DNA from: Pirellulales bacterium
Lineage (GTDB): Bacteria > Planctomycetota > Planctomycetia > Pirellulales > JAEUIK01
Length of the DNA: 64,000 bases
NCBI GenBank assembly: GCA_019694455.1
Contig: JAIBBY010000019.1
Span: 16,501 to 80,500 of the forward strand
Direction: 5' to 3'
The notes beneath the pieces were generated by a model that had not been told where the DNA came from, made no database searches, and saw only the letters and a program-made list of their open reading frames with translations. Positions 10,190 through 19,255 of the stretch are shown here, in pieces (position 1 is the stretch's first letter; each line of letters starts with the position of its first letter). A program made the translations under genes and the position numbers.

Positions 10190-11236
10190 CTACCAGATGC
10201 TGCGGCCGGAGTGCCAGGGCCAGTAGCTTTTGTGCATGCCGCCAAAACGGAACTCGGCGCCAAAGGTGAGCTGGGTGTCGTGCAGCATACCCATATCCAG
10301 GCCATCGCCAAAGCCGATGTTGTCGATGAACTCCATGCGGAACGCAACATGTCGATCGAAGAGGAACTTCATGCCGACGCCAATGTTGCCCGCCGCGATG
10401 ATGTTGTCGACTTCGTTGCCGTAGTTGGTGATGAACTTATAGGTTTGCAGGCCCAGGCCGAAGCGGAAGAAGGGGCGAAACCGCGCATCTTGCAATGGGT
10501 AGAGCAGCGTGCTCACGTCGAACAGCCCCAACTTGGTGTTTCGCGGATCATGCGGCGGCAGGATATTGAACGTGTCGATCACCGAGTACCCAAAGCGAAC
10601 TTCGTAGCCGTGCCAATTGGTGTGGTCCCACCCCAGGGTGAGCATCACTAATTTGCCACTCGAAGAATCGACTTGATCGTCGAGCAGTTCGCCTCCCCAG
10701 ATGCCGCCCGCTTCGAACCCAATGCTGAGGGGTCGCGAGAGCCAGCTTTGTCCTTGCATGGGTTCGCTGATCGTCTCGACGAAGCGGCACAGCTTGCCCT
10801 TTGCATGATGCTTGCTCGTACAGGTGTTGGGAGAACCAAAGTACTCCTCCTCCGGCAACTCGATCGGCGGCTTGGGTTCGGCGGAGAGTTCTTCTATGGG
10901 CGAAGAGAGATATGGTGAATCTGCCAGGTCCTCTTGATGCTGCGCTTGCCGAACCGGCGCTGGCGTTTTGGGATTGGGCGCGGCAGCCTTTTTGCTTGGC
11001 GTCTTGACCGGAGTCGATGGCGAGGTCTGTTTTGGAACCGAAGACTTCTTCTTGGGCGCAGCGGACGCCGACGGTCGGGCAGGCGCCTGATTGCCGGCAG
11101 TGGGTTTGACCTCCAGCGAAGTCCGCTTTTTCGACAACTGGTCGAACACCGTTCCTTGACCGCGCGCGGAGATTGTCGGCGCGCAAATCAAGAGCGCAGC
11201 GAGCGCTAGCCCGAGTTGTGCCCGGCCGTCTGGCAT
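10190..11236 (-). CDS. secreted protein with Pro/Lys/Ala-rich linker and C-terminal beta-barrel-like (OMP-like) domain
   Basis: The internal ATG at 11236 gives the signal peptide MPDGRAQLGLALAALLICAPTISARGQG. A low-complexity APKKKSSVPKQTSPSTPVKTPSKKAAAPNPKTPAP segment follows. The C-terminal 200 aa has alternating aromatic/Gly beta-strand patterning (YEVRFGYSV, FRFGLGLQTY, VGMKFLF, FRMEFIDN, TFGAEFRFG). The longer track ORF (to 11542) adds an implausible N-terminus. Confidence 0.55.
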   Translation of the reverse strand: MPDGRAQLGLALAALLICAPTISARGQGTVFDQLSKKRTSLEVKPTAGNQAPARPSASAAPKKKSSVPKQTSPSTPVKTPSKKAAAPNPKTPAPVRQAQHQEDLADSPYLSSPIEELSAEPKPPIELPEEEYFGSPNTCTSKHHAKGKLCRFVETISEPMQGQSWLSRPLSIGFEAGGIWGGELLDDQVDSSSGKLVMLTLGWDHTNWHGYEVRFGYSVIDTFNILPPHDPRNTKLGLFDVSTLLYPLQDARFRPFFRFGLGLQTYKFITNYGNEVDNIIAAGNIGVGMKFLFDRHVAFRMEFIDNIGFGDGLDMGMLHDTQLTFGAEFRFGGMHKSYWPWHSGRSIW

Positions 11237-11532
11237 GTGAGCGATTCGACCTTTGCTGTGGAACCCTGCTGATCGCAACCGTAAGGCACAAACGGCGAAC
11301 GGCGCGCAGCGGACCCGGCAGAGACCTGTCGACAGTTGGGGCGGGATCATGTCGCAGGCCGCCAGCGGTGTCAATGCGAAGCGCGCCGCGGCGCGCGAAA
11401 CTGGGCAACCTGCGAAAGAAGCCGCGAATTTGCGATAAAAATCTCGCTCTGGATCAGCGGCCGCGGTGATCGCTATACTCCCCGCCCCTTCAATCGTCCG
11501 GCTCCACCGGGCAAGTCCTTCCGACAAAGAAA

Positions 11533-12564
11533 GTGAGATCAAGGATGATCACGCTGGCGCGCACGAGTATTGTTGCGATGTGTTTGGCGATCGCTCTATC
11601 GTGGGGCACGCCTTCGCTGGGATTCGACCCCACAGCAGGTGGCTGCACACGAGTGCGCCAGCAGCGAGCGCAGGCCTGCGCACAGGGACTAAACAGCGAT
11701 GCCGGTCTGTGCGGCAAGATCGTGCTTGATTGTCCGCGGCAAAGCGACTGTGAAGCGACGGCCTGCGAGCAAGGGGAAACTGCTTGCGAGTCGGCAGCCG
11801 CGATCCATTGCGCTCAATCCGTGGCAAGCGGCTGCACCGCGCTCTCGGCCAAGCACTGCAACGCCGGAGCTTGCACCGCCGCCATTAAGTGCGACTGCGA
11901 GTCGGAGACGACCTATGCGAACCCTGGCGAACTAGCCGACGCGTGCGCCGCGGCTACGAAGCACGAGTGCAAAACCAACGCAGAGCAGGCGGCGCAGACC
12001 GACGGTTTAGGCGCCGCCTGTGCCACTAAGCAGCACCCATGCGACTCCGTGTGCGAATCGGGAAAAACGCGCTGCGCTTCACAAGCCTGCGCCGCGCGTC
12101 AGGCGGAAGCGGCCTGCGAGCCGCAGAGTCAGGCGGCGCGCGACATCATGCGCTTGATGGACTCGCTACAAGCACATGGCGGCGAGGGGATTCATTGCCC
12201 AGGGCTAACCGTTGACGAAACGGTGACCGAGCAGCGCGAAGTAAACGCGCGGCGCGCCCAATTGATTCAAGTACTCGAGAATCTGAGCGAAGCCGATCGG
12301 CCCGAGAGCGAGACGTTGCCCGTGGAGTTGGAAGAACTGGCGCCAGGCGAAGAGGTGACGGAAGAAGTTGAATACACAGACACGGCGCCGGCGGTTCAAA
12401 CCGAGGCGCTGCGCTATTCGAGCGCGAGTCTGGAGCACACCGCCGCTGAACTGGAAGCGGCCGAATTGTATGAAGACGCTGACCTGGTGCGCGAAATCGC
12501 TGGGCAGATGCGACACAAGGCGCGGCGCGTGGCGGGACGGCAACTGCGCCGGTCGACGTACTAA
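11533..12564 (+). CDS. hypothetical secreted Cys-rich protein with acidic C-terminal half
   Basis: Signal-like N-terminus ITLARTSIVAMCLAIALSWG, with more than 25 Cys in the first ~200 aa followed by a Glu/Asp-rich tail. GC3 is coding-like. The start may be the GTG at 11533 or the ATG at 11545. No family recognised. Confidence 0.5.
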   Translation: MRSRMITLARTSIVAMCLAIALSWGTPSLGFDPTAGGCTRVRQQRAQACAQGLNSDAGLCGKIVLDCPRQSDCEATACEQGETACESAAAIHCAQSVASGCTALSAKHCNAGACTAAIKCDCESETTYANPGELADACAAATKHECKTNAEQAAQTDGLGAACATKQHPCDSVCESGKTRCASQACAARQAEAACEPQSQAARDIMRLMDSLQAHGGEGIHCPGLTVDETVTEQREVNARRAQLIQVLENLSEADRPESETLPVELEELAPGEEVTEEVEYTDTAPAVQTEALRYSSASLEHTAAELEAAELYEDADLVREIAGQMRHKARRVAGRQLRRSTY

Positions 12565-12587
12565 GCGACCTTCCAGGCTGACTTCAT

Positions 12588-12617
12588 GCTGACTGGCCGC
12601 TGCGGCGGCCGGTCAGC
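12588..12617 (+). terminator. GC-rich hairpin 23 nt after the stop of the Cys-rich protein gene
   Basis: gctgactggccg / cggccggtcagc form a 12-bp stem with one mismatch and a 6-nt loop. The downstream T tract is weak. Confidence 0.35.
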
Positions 12618-12637
12618 AAATCTTCTTGGCGCTCCGC

Positions 12638-12665
12638 AAACCATGGCGATCGCCATGGTTTTGCG
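12638..12665 (+). terminator. 24-bp perfect palindrome followed by a T run (candidate rho-independent terminator)
   Basis: AAACCATGGCGATCGCCATGGTTT (12638-12661) is perfectly self-complementary and is followed by TTGCGCTTATTT. Confidence 0.45.
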
Positions 12666-13155
12666 CTTATTTAACAGCAGCCAGTCGCGATGGCGGGAAT
12701 CGCCGTCCGGCTCTCACAGCCAACGCCCCCATTCGCCGCCCTGACCCCCTCCAACAAGGGGGAAGCCGTCTGTTCTGGCCGGCGCAATCGCGCCAACAGG
12801 ACCGCCATCATTGGGGGTTGGCCGCGTGACGCCGCGGCGAATTGACACCCCCAACAAGCGGCGGTAGTCTGAGAAACTGTGCTACCATCGGGAGTTATGC
12901 GCTTGCAGGCGCCCGACTGGCGGCGCCCCAACTGTCGAAAGCTTGAATCGGATTCATTCGACCGGCTGCGCGAGTGCAGGCGGTAGGCGATGATGCTGTT
13001 CAGGTTTGCGCTCGCCGACCGGGAGAGAAGAGGCCCTCACCTGGAAGACGCGGTTAGACAGTTGGCTTGTCGTTTTTATCTATTCGTCGATAACCGCAGT
13101 TTCTTGATTCCCAGGCATTATCTGGGTTGTTGTCCGTTGAATTGAGACGCGCGCA

Positions 13156-14862
13156 ATGGCCACCAGCATGACGAATTTCACTGACATCCTCATTCGTCAA
13201 AAGGTTATCAGCGCCGACCAACTGGCCGAAGCCGAACAGATGGCGCGCTCGAGCCGTTCCAGCGTCGGCGACGCGCTGGTGCGTCTCGGCTACGCCACCG
13301 GCGACGAAGTGATGCGCGCCATGGCGCGGTCCCACGGTCTCGACTTCGTGAACCTGTCGGAGGTGGTGATCCCCCCATCGGTGGTCGAACTGGTGCCTGA
13401 GTCAATCGCCCGCGAGAACGCGGTGCTGCCGATGGCGGAGGAGGATGGCGCGATCAAGGTGATCGTCAGCGATCCGCTGGATTACGACACCCAAGAGAAG
13501 CTGCGGTTCATACTGAATCGCGAGGTCAAGATCGCGCTCGCCCCGCGCGAGAACATTCTGGAAGCGATCAACCGCTACTACGGGCAGACTGACGGCGAAA
13601 GCGCCGACTCCATGCTGCAGGAGTTCACCGATACGGCGATCGACTTCACCGAGACGGAAACTCAGGCCGCTGGCGACGACGATTCGGACGAGAGCGCCGC
13701 GCCGATCGTGCGGTTGGTGAATTTGATTATCCAAGAGGCGGTGCAACTCCGCGCCTCGGACATTCACATCGAGCCGTTCGAAGACCGGGTGCGGGTGCGG
13801 TACCGCATCGACGGCGTGCTAGTCGAACGCGACAGCCCACCGCGCCGCTTGCTCGCCGCCATGCTGTCGCGCCTCAAAATCATGGCCAAGATGGACATCG
13901 CCGAGCGCCGCCGTCCACAGGACGGTCGCATCAAGGTGAGCACCGCCAACAAAGAACTCGACCTGCGGGTGAGCGTGCTGCCGACCAATCACGGCCAATC
14001 GGTGGTGATGCGGCTATTGGACAAGGACAGCATCAAGGTCAGCCTCAAACAACTCGGCATGGCGGAAGACGTCTTCCGCACCTTCCAGGGACTGATTCGC
14101 CGTCCCAATGGCATCATCTTGGTGACCGGTCCCACCGGTTCGGGCAAGACGACCACGCTGTACGCCGGCCTGAACGACTTGAATCGGCCCGATCGCAAGA
14201 TCATCACCGCCGAAGACCCCGTGGAGTACTACCTGCCGGGCATCAACCAGGTGGAGGTGAAGCACAACATCGGGCTCGACTTTGCCCGCATTATTCGCTC
14301 GATGTTGCGGCAGGCGCCCAATGTGATTCTGGTGGGCGAGATGCGCGATCAAGAAACGGCCGAGATGGGCATTCAGGCCTCGCTCACGGGCCACTTGGTG
14401 TTCAGCACACTGCATACCAACGACGCGCCGGGCGCTGTCACCCGATTGATCGACATGGGCGTGCCTCCGTACCTGGTGGCGTCCAGCGTCATCGCCATCG
14501 TGGCGCAGCGACTGGTGCGCGTGATCTGCACCAAATGCAAACAGCCATTTACTCCCAGCGACGCGCAGCTCGAGGCCGCGGGCATTCCGCCCGAACTGGC
14601 CGCCAAAGGCAACTTCATGCGCGGAAAAGGGTGCGGCAACTGCCAAAAGAGCGGATATCGCGGCCGCATGGGCATCTATGAGTTGATGATGATGAACTCA
14701 AAGGTCCGCGAGCTCTCATTCCAGCGCGCGTCGACACAAGAGATTCGCAAGGCCGCCGTGGCGCAAGGCATGCGGGGGTTGTATCAAGACGGCATCATCA
14801 AGGTCCTCAAGGGGCTGACCACGCTCGACGAGGTCTTCCGGGTCGCCAAGCGGGGCGACTGA
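13156..14862 (+). CDS. GspE/PilB-family type IV filament assembly ATPase (copy 1)
   Basis: T2SSE N-terminal domain, Walker A GPTGSGKTTT, Asp box/Walker B ILVGEMRD, His box FSTLHTNDA, and tetracysteine CTKC...CGNC. Confidence 0.92.
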   Translation: MATSMTNFTDILIRQKVISADQLAEAEQMARSSRSSVGDALVRLGYATGDEVMRAMARSHGLDFVNLSEVVIPPSVVELVPESIARENAVLPMAEEDGAIKVIVSDPLDYDTQEKLRFILNREVKIALAPRENILEAINRYYGQTDGESADSMLQEFTDTAIDFTETETQAAGDDDSDESAAPIVRLVNLIIQEAVQLRASDIHIEPFEDRVRVRYRIDGVLVERDSPPRRLLAAMLSRLKIMAKMDIAERRRPQDGRIKVSTANKELDLRVSVLPTNHGQSVVMRLLDKDSIKVSLKQLGMAEDVFRTFQGLIRRPNGIILVTGPTGSGKTTTLYAGLNDLNRPDRKIITAEDPVEYYLPGINQVEVKHNIGLDFARIIRSMLRQAPNVILVGEMRDQETAEMGIQASLTGHLVFSTLHTNDAPGAVTRLIDMGVPPYLVASSVIAIVAQRLVRVICTKCKQPFTPSDAQLEAAGIPPELAAKGNFMRGKGCGNCQKSGYRGRMGIYELMMMNSKVRELSFQRASTQEIRKAAVAQGMRGLYQDGIIKVLKGLTTLDEVFRVAKRGD

Positions 14863-14912
14863 TCGTGAACTCAATCACCACTTCGCAACGCTACCGTGTA
14901 AGGGACTGACAC

Positions 14913-16052
14913 GTGGGTACGCTGCTCATCGACAAGCTGCTGCAGACCGTCATCAACCAGAAGGCGAGCGATCTGCATATTTCCTGCGGACAACCGCCGT
15001 GTATTCGCCTGGATGGGCGGATGCGGCGTTTGGAAACCAAGACGCTGGAGCCCGACGACACGGTGGCGCTGATGAAGAGCATCACGCCGGAGCGGTGTCA
15101 GCAGGAATTGCAGGAGGTGGGAGGGACCGACTTTGGCTTCGCGTTTGGCGAGCAGGCGCGGTTTCGGGTGGCGGTCTTCAAACAAAAGGGGACCGTCGGC
15201 CTGGTGCTACGGCGGATTCCCAACGAGTTTATGACCTTTGAGCAGCTTGGCCTGCCGAAGGTGTGCGCCGAACTCATCATGCGGCCGCGCGGCTTGTTCC
15301 TGGTGACGGGGCCAACCGGCTCGGGCAAGAGCACCAGCTTGGCCAGCATGATCAATCACATCAATCACAGCGTCGACCATCACATCATCACGATCGAGGA
15401 CCCGATCGAATTCTATCACAAGCACCAGCGTTCCACGGTGAACCAACGCGAGATCGGCGTCGACGTGCCAAGCTTTCCAGAAGCGATACGCCGCGCGCTG
15501 CGTATGGATCCCGATGTGATTCTGGTGGGCGAAATGCGCGATCTGGAAACGATTGAGGCCGCCATCACCGCGGCCGAAACGGGGCACGTGGTCTTTGGCA
15601 CGCTGCACACCACCGGCGCGGAAGGAACGGTGAACCGCATCATCGACGTCTTCCCCACTACGCAGCAAGAACAGATCCGCGTGCAGCTTTCGACTTCGAT
15701 CATTGGCGTGTTGTCGCAGCAATTGCTGCCAAAGATCGGCGGCGGTCGCGTCGCCGCGCACGAGATGCTGGTGGTCACGCCCGGCATCGCCAACCTGATT
15801 CGCGAGAACAAGACGTTTCGCATCACGTCGTCGATTCAAACGGGCGCCAAGTACGGCATGCAGCTCATGGACGACACGCTGTTCAGACTCTGGAAGAACG
15901 GCACCTGCGCCAAGGAAGACGTGATGGTCAAATCGAACAAGCCCGACGAGTTGGCGATGCGGATTGCCAAGGCGGAGGGGGGCATGTTCGACGACGAGCA
16001 GGATTTGCAGGAGAAAAAAGGGGACGGCAAGGCGCCGGCCAAGGGACATTAA
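14913..16052 (+). CDS. pilT: PilT-family retraction ATPase
   Basis: 379 aa with no N-terminal T2SSE_N domain. Walker A GPTGSGKST, ILVGEMRD, FGTLHTT, and the PilT-specific AIxNLIRE-type motif GIANLIRENK. GTG start. Confidence 0.9.
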   Translation: MGTLLIDKLLQTVINQKASDLHISCGQPPCIRLDGRMRRLETKTLEPDDTVALMKSITPERCQQELQEVGGTDFGFAFGEQARFRVAVFKQKGTVGLVLRRIPNEFMTFEQLGLPKVCAELIMRPRGLFLVTGPTGSGKSTSLASMINHINHSVDHHIITIEDPIEFYHKHQRSTVNQREIGVDVPSFPEAIRRALRMDPDVILVGEMRDLETIEAAITAAETGHVVFGTLHTTGAEGTVNRIIDVFPTTQQEQIRVQLSTSIIGVLSQQLLPKIGGGRVAAHEMLVVTPGIANLIRENKTFRITSSIQTGAKYGMQLMDDTLFRLWKNGTCAKEDVMVKSNKPDELAMRIAKAEGGMFDDEQDLQEKKGDGKAPAKGH

Positions 16053-16109
16053 CGGCGGCGTGGTCCGCCAGACTTTTCACGCACAACTTTCGTTACTGAG
16101 ATCACTTCG

Positions 16110-17828
16110 ATGGCGATGCGACGGCTTGGCCAGATTCTCGTCGATCTGGGCTTCATCACCGATGAACAGCTTGAAATGCTGCTGGAGGAGCAGCAAAACC
16201 GCCCCGGCGAACTGATCGGCAAGGTGGCCGAGAGCATGGGGCTGATCAACGACGATCAGTTGGCGCAGGGGCTGGCCGAGCAGATGGGGCTGAAGGTGAT
16301 CAGCCTGGCGGACACGGCCATTCCGCAGGACGTGCTCAACTACGTCACCGAGCCGATGGCGCAGCTTTATCGCATTGTGCCGGTCGCCTTCCGCGACAAC
16401 ACCTTGACGATCGCCATGTGCGATCCGCAAAAGCTGTCGGTCGTCGACGAGCTGCGCAATTTCCTGGGCTACGACATCCGCACCGTGGTCGCCACGGAGA
16501 AGGACGTCAAGGGCGCGCTGGAGCGATACTACGCCGCCGAGGGAGAGAGCGTCGAGAAGATCGTCCACGACATGGAGGAGGACAAAGAGCTCAACGCCGC
16601 CGCCGCCGCGCTCGACAAGGACGGGCCGATCGACCTGACCAGCGTCGAGGCGCTGGCCGACAGCGCACCGGTCCGCAAGCTGCTCAACATGGTGCTCTTG
16701 ATGGCCATCAAGGACCATGCCAGCGACTTGCACTTTGAGCCATTCGAAGACGAATTCAAGATTCGCATCAAGGCCGACGGCGTGCTCTTTGAGATGGTGC
16801 CGCCGCCGCGCCACCTGGCCTTCGCCATCACCACGCGCATCAAGGTGATGGCCAACCTCGACATCGCCGAACGCCGGTTGCCGCAAGACGGCCGCATTGA
16901 GCTGAACGTGGGCGGCCACCCGGTCGATCTGCGGGTGAGCGTGCTGCCGACCATGTTCGGCGAGAGCGTGGTCATGCGGGTGCTCGACCGCTCGGTGGTC
17001 AACCTCGATCTGGCTGCGGTCGGCATGAACGCCAGCACGCTACAAGCGTTTCGCGAGGTGATCGAACACCCCAACGGCATCGTGCTGGTGACCGGCCCCA
17101 CTGGGTCGGGCAAGACCACCACCCTGTATTCGGCCCTGTCCGAGCTGAACTCGGTGGACGACAAGATCATCACCACCGAGGATCCCATCGAGTACGACAT
17201 CGACGGCATCGTGCAGTGCCCCATCGACCACTCGATCGGCAACACTTTCGCGGCTTGTTTGCGGGCCATTTTGCGGCAAGATCCAGATATTATTCTGGTG
17301 GGGGAGATTCGCGACCTGGAGACGGCCGAGATCGCCGTCCAAGCCTCGCTGACGGGTCACATGGTCTTTAGCACGCTGCACACCAACGACGCCCCCAGCA
17401 CGATCACGCGCTTGCGCGACATGGGGGTGGAACCGTTTATGATCACCGCCACCGTGGAGGCGATACTTGCCCAGCGGCTGGTGCGCAAGATCTGCTCCGG
17501 CTGCCGAGAGGAGATCAAGCCCACCCAAGACATGCTGGCCGAACTGCAATTGGCCGCCGGCGATGTGGCAGGGAGGCAATTCTTTCGCGGCAAAGGTTGC
17601 GACGTTTGCAACAACACGGGTTATAAAGGACGCATCGGCCTGTTCGAGTTGATGGTGATGAACAACGACCTGCGCGAGATGATCGTACGCAATTGCACCA
17701 GCGACGAGTTGCGCGTGGCCGCGCGGCGCTACGGCATGGTGACCTTGCGCGACGCCGGCATGGATTACGTGTATCAAGGCAAAACGACGCTGGAAGAAGT
17801 CGTCCGCGAAACGATTGTAGACGGGTAA
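16110..17828 (+). CDS. GspE/PilB-family assembly ATPase (copy 2) with MshEN-type N-terminus
   Basis: Walker A GPTGSGKTTT, ILVGEIRD, FSTLHTNDA and CSGC...CDVC. The N-terminus RLGQILVDLGFITDEQLEMLLEEQ matches the 24-residue MshEN c-di-GMP-binding motif. Confidence 0.92.
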   Translation: MAMRRLGQILVDLGFITDEQLEMLLEEQQNRPGELIGKVAESMGLINDDQLAQGLAEQMGLKVISLADTAIPQDVLNYVTEPMAQLYRIVPVAFRDNTLTIAMCDPQKLSVVDELRNFLGYDIRTVVATEKDVKGALERYYAAEGESVEKIVHDMEEDKELNAAAAALDKDGPIDLTSVEALADSAPVRKLLNMVLLMAIKDHASDLHFEPFEDEFKIRIKADGVLFEMVPPPRHLAFAITTRIKVMANLDIAERRLPQDGRIELNVGGHPVDLRVSVLPTMFGESVVMRVLDRSVVNLDLAAVGMNASTLQAFREVIEHPNGIVLVTGPTGSGKTTTLYSALSELNSVDDKIITTEDPIEYDIDGIVQCPIDHSIGNTFAACLRAILRQDPDIILVGEIRDLETAEIAVQASLTGHMVFSTLHTNDAPSTITRLRDMGVEPFMITATVEAILAQRLVRKICSGCREEIKPTQDMLAELQLAAGDVAGRQFFRGKGCDVCNNTGYKGRIGLFELMVMNNDLREMIVRNCTSDELRVAARRYGMVTLRDAGMDYVYQGKTTLEEVVRETIVDG

Positions 17829-17923
17829 CCACGGCCGCGACGGCGGCCCCAACCACAGAGCAGCGCAGCACAGGGCGAAGGGAAACCGGCCGCGAGCCGT
17901 GAGGATCGCGGAGGAGAGCACGT

Positions 17924-19255
17924 ATGCCGACGTACCAATTCGAAGCGATGGACGCCACCGGCGCCGAGATCAAGGACGAGATCGACGCCGTCAGCGAGGA
18001 AGAAGCGCAGGCGACAATTCGCCAGATGGGCTACTTCGTCACGAAGCTGTCCGTCAAGAAAGCGCGCAAGTCGGCCGCCGAAAAGAAAAAGAAAGGTAAA
18101 GGGGGCAAGACCTTCGCCATTGGCGGCGTGAGCACCAAGCTGCTCACCACGTTCACGCGCCAACTCTCCATTTTGCAGGACGCCGGTCTGCCGATCTTGC
18201 GCAGCCTGAGAATCCTGGAAGGACAATCGAAGCCGGGCCGGCTGAAAAACTCGCTGATCGACGTCTGCGACGAGATCGAGGCGGGCGCCACGCTCTCGGA
18301 GGCGATGTCCAAGAGCCCCAAATGCTTCGACCGCCTGTACGTGAACATGATCAAAGCGGGCGAGGCGGGCGGCGCCTTGGAAGTCATCTTGCGCCGCCTG
18401 GCCGAGTTCCAAGAAAAAGCCCAGGCCCTCAAGCGCAAAGTCAAGGGGGCGATGGTCTACCCGGTTGTCGTCGTCATGATCGCCACCGTTATTCTGGTGG
18501 CGATCATGAAGTTCATTGTGCCGAAGTTCAAACAGATCTTCGACGACTTCGACAGCGAGCTGCCCGCGATGACCGAGTGGCTCATCTGGGTGTCCGACAT
18601 CGTCATCAATTACTTCTTCCTGCTGCCCTTGATTCCCGTGGGCATCTGGTTGTTCGTCAAGCTCGTGCGCAAGTTCGAGTATGGCCGCTACGGCTGGGAC
18701 TTGTTCACGCTCAAGGTGCCGGTGTTCGGCCAATTGATCGAAAAGAACATCATGGCTCGCACCAGCCGCACACTCGGCACGCTGGTGGCGTCGGGCGTGC
18801 CGATCTTGGAGGCCTTGTTCATCGCCAAGGAGACCAGCGGCAACGCCGTGTTCGAAAACCTATACGGCAAGATTTACGACGCGATTCGCGAGGGAGAATC
18901 GATTGCCCGGCCGATGAAGGAAAACTCCAAGCCCGGCTTCCATCCGGTGTCGGCCTTCTTCTGGTTCGCCTTTGTGGGGGGGCCGATTGGGCTATTGATG
19001 TACATGCTGCGGCTCAACGACCGCATCGTCGACGATCTGGTGATCAACATGATCGACGTGGGGGAAGAGACGGGCGAGCTCGACACCATGCTCTATAAAG
19101 TGGCCGATACCTACGACGAAGAGGTGGCGGTGCTCACCGAAAGCCTCGTGAGCCTGCTGGAACCGCTGTTGATCGTGGTGCTCGGCGGCATGGTCGGCTT
19201 CATCGTGATCGCCCTGTTCTTGCCGCTCATCAAGCTGATCGGCGACCTGAGCTAA
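17924..19255 (+). CDS. GspF/PilC-family inner-membrane platform protein
   Basis: MPTYQFEAMDATGAEIKDEIDA N-terminus, a duplicated T2SSF-type domain, three TM segments, and a GGAGGAG RBS upstream. Confidence 0.92.
   Translation: MPTYQFEAMDATGAEIKDEIDAVSEEEAQATIRQMGYFVTKLSVKKARKSAAEKKKKGKGGKTFAIGGVSTKLLTTFTRQLSILQDAGLPILRSLRILEGQSKPGRLKNSLIDVCDEIEAGATLSEAMSKSPKCFDRLYVNMIKAGEAGGALEVILRRLAEFQEKAQALKRKVKGAMVYPVVVVMIATVILVAIMKFIVPKFKQIFDDFDSELPAMTEWLIWVSDIVINYFFLLPLIPVGIWLFVKLVRKFEYGRYGWDLFTLKVPVFGQLIEKNIMARTSRTLGTLVASGVPILEALFIAKETSGNAVFENLYGKIYDAIREGESIARPMKENSKPGFHPVSAFFWFAFVGGPIGLLMYMLRLNDRIVDDLVINMIDVGEETGELDTMLYKVADTYDEEVAVLTESLVSLLEPLLIVVLGGMVGFIVIALFLPLIKLIGDLS

Noticed and set aside
10190-11236. 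Considered whether the beta-barrel-like protein could be the missing secretin.
   Set aside because: It is far too small at 348 aa, has no secretin-type N-domains or C-domain pattern, and is transcribed divergently. It is kept only as an uncharacterised neighbour.
3100-12655. Several occurrences of GCGATCGC (the HIP1-like octamer), for example near 3102, 5824, 11587 and 12646.
   Set aside because: A rough expectation for a palindromic 8-mer of this composition in 64 kb is about 2, and the observed handful is not convincingly enriched. It is not evidence of a cyanobacterial-type HIP1 system.
12626-12931. Small ORFs (67 aa on the plus strand, 86 aa on the minus strand) in the long intergenic region before the filament operon.
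   Set aside because: They overlap each other on opposite strands, span hairpin structures and have no coding-like periodicity. The region is treated as non-coding.
16077-18733. Long minus-strand ORFs (16077-16919, 17040-17921, 17774-18733) across the second ATPase and gspF.
   Set aside because: They are shadow frames of well-supported ATPase and platform genes, with no signal sequence or motif.
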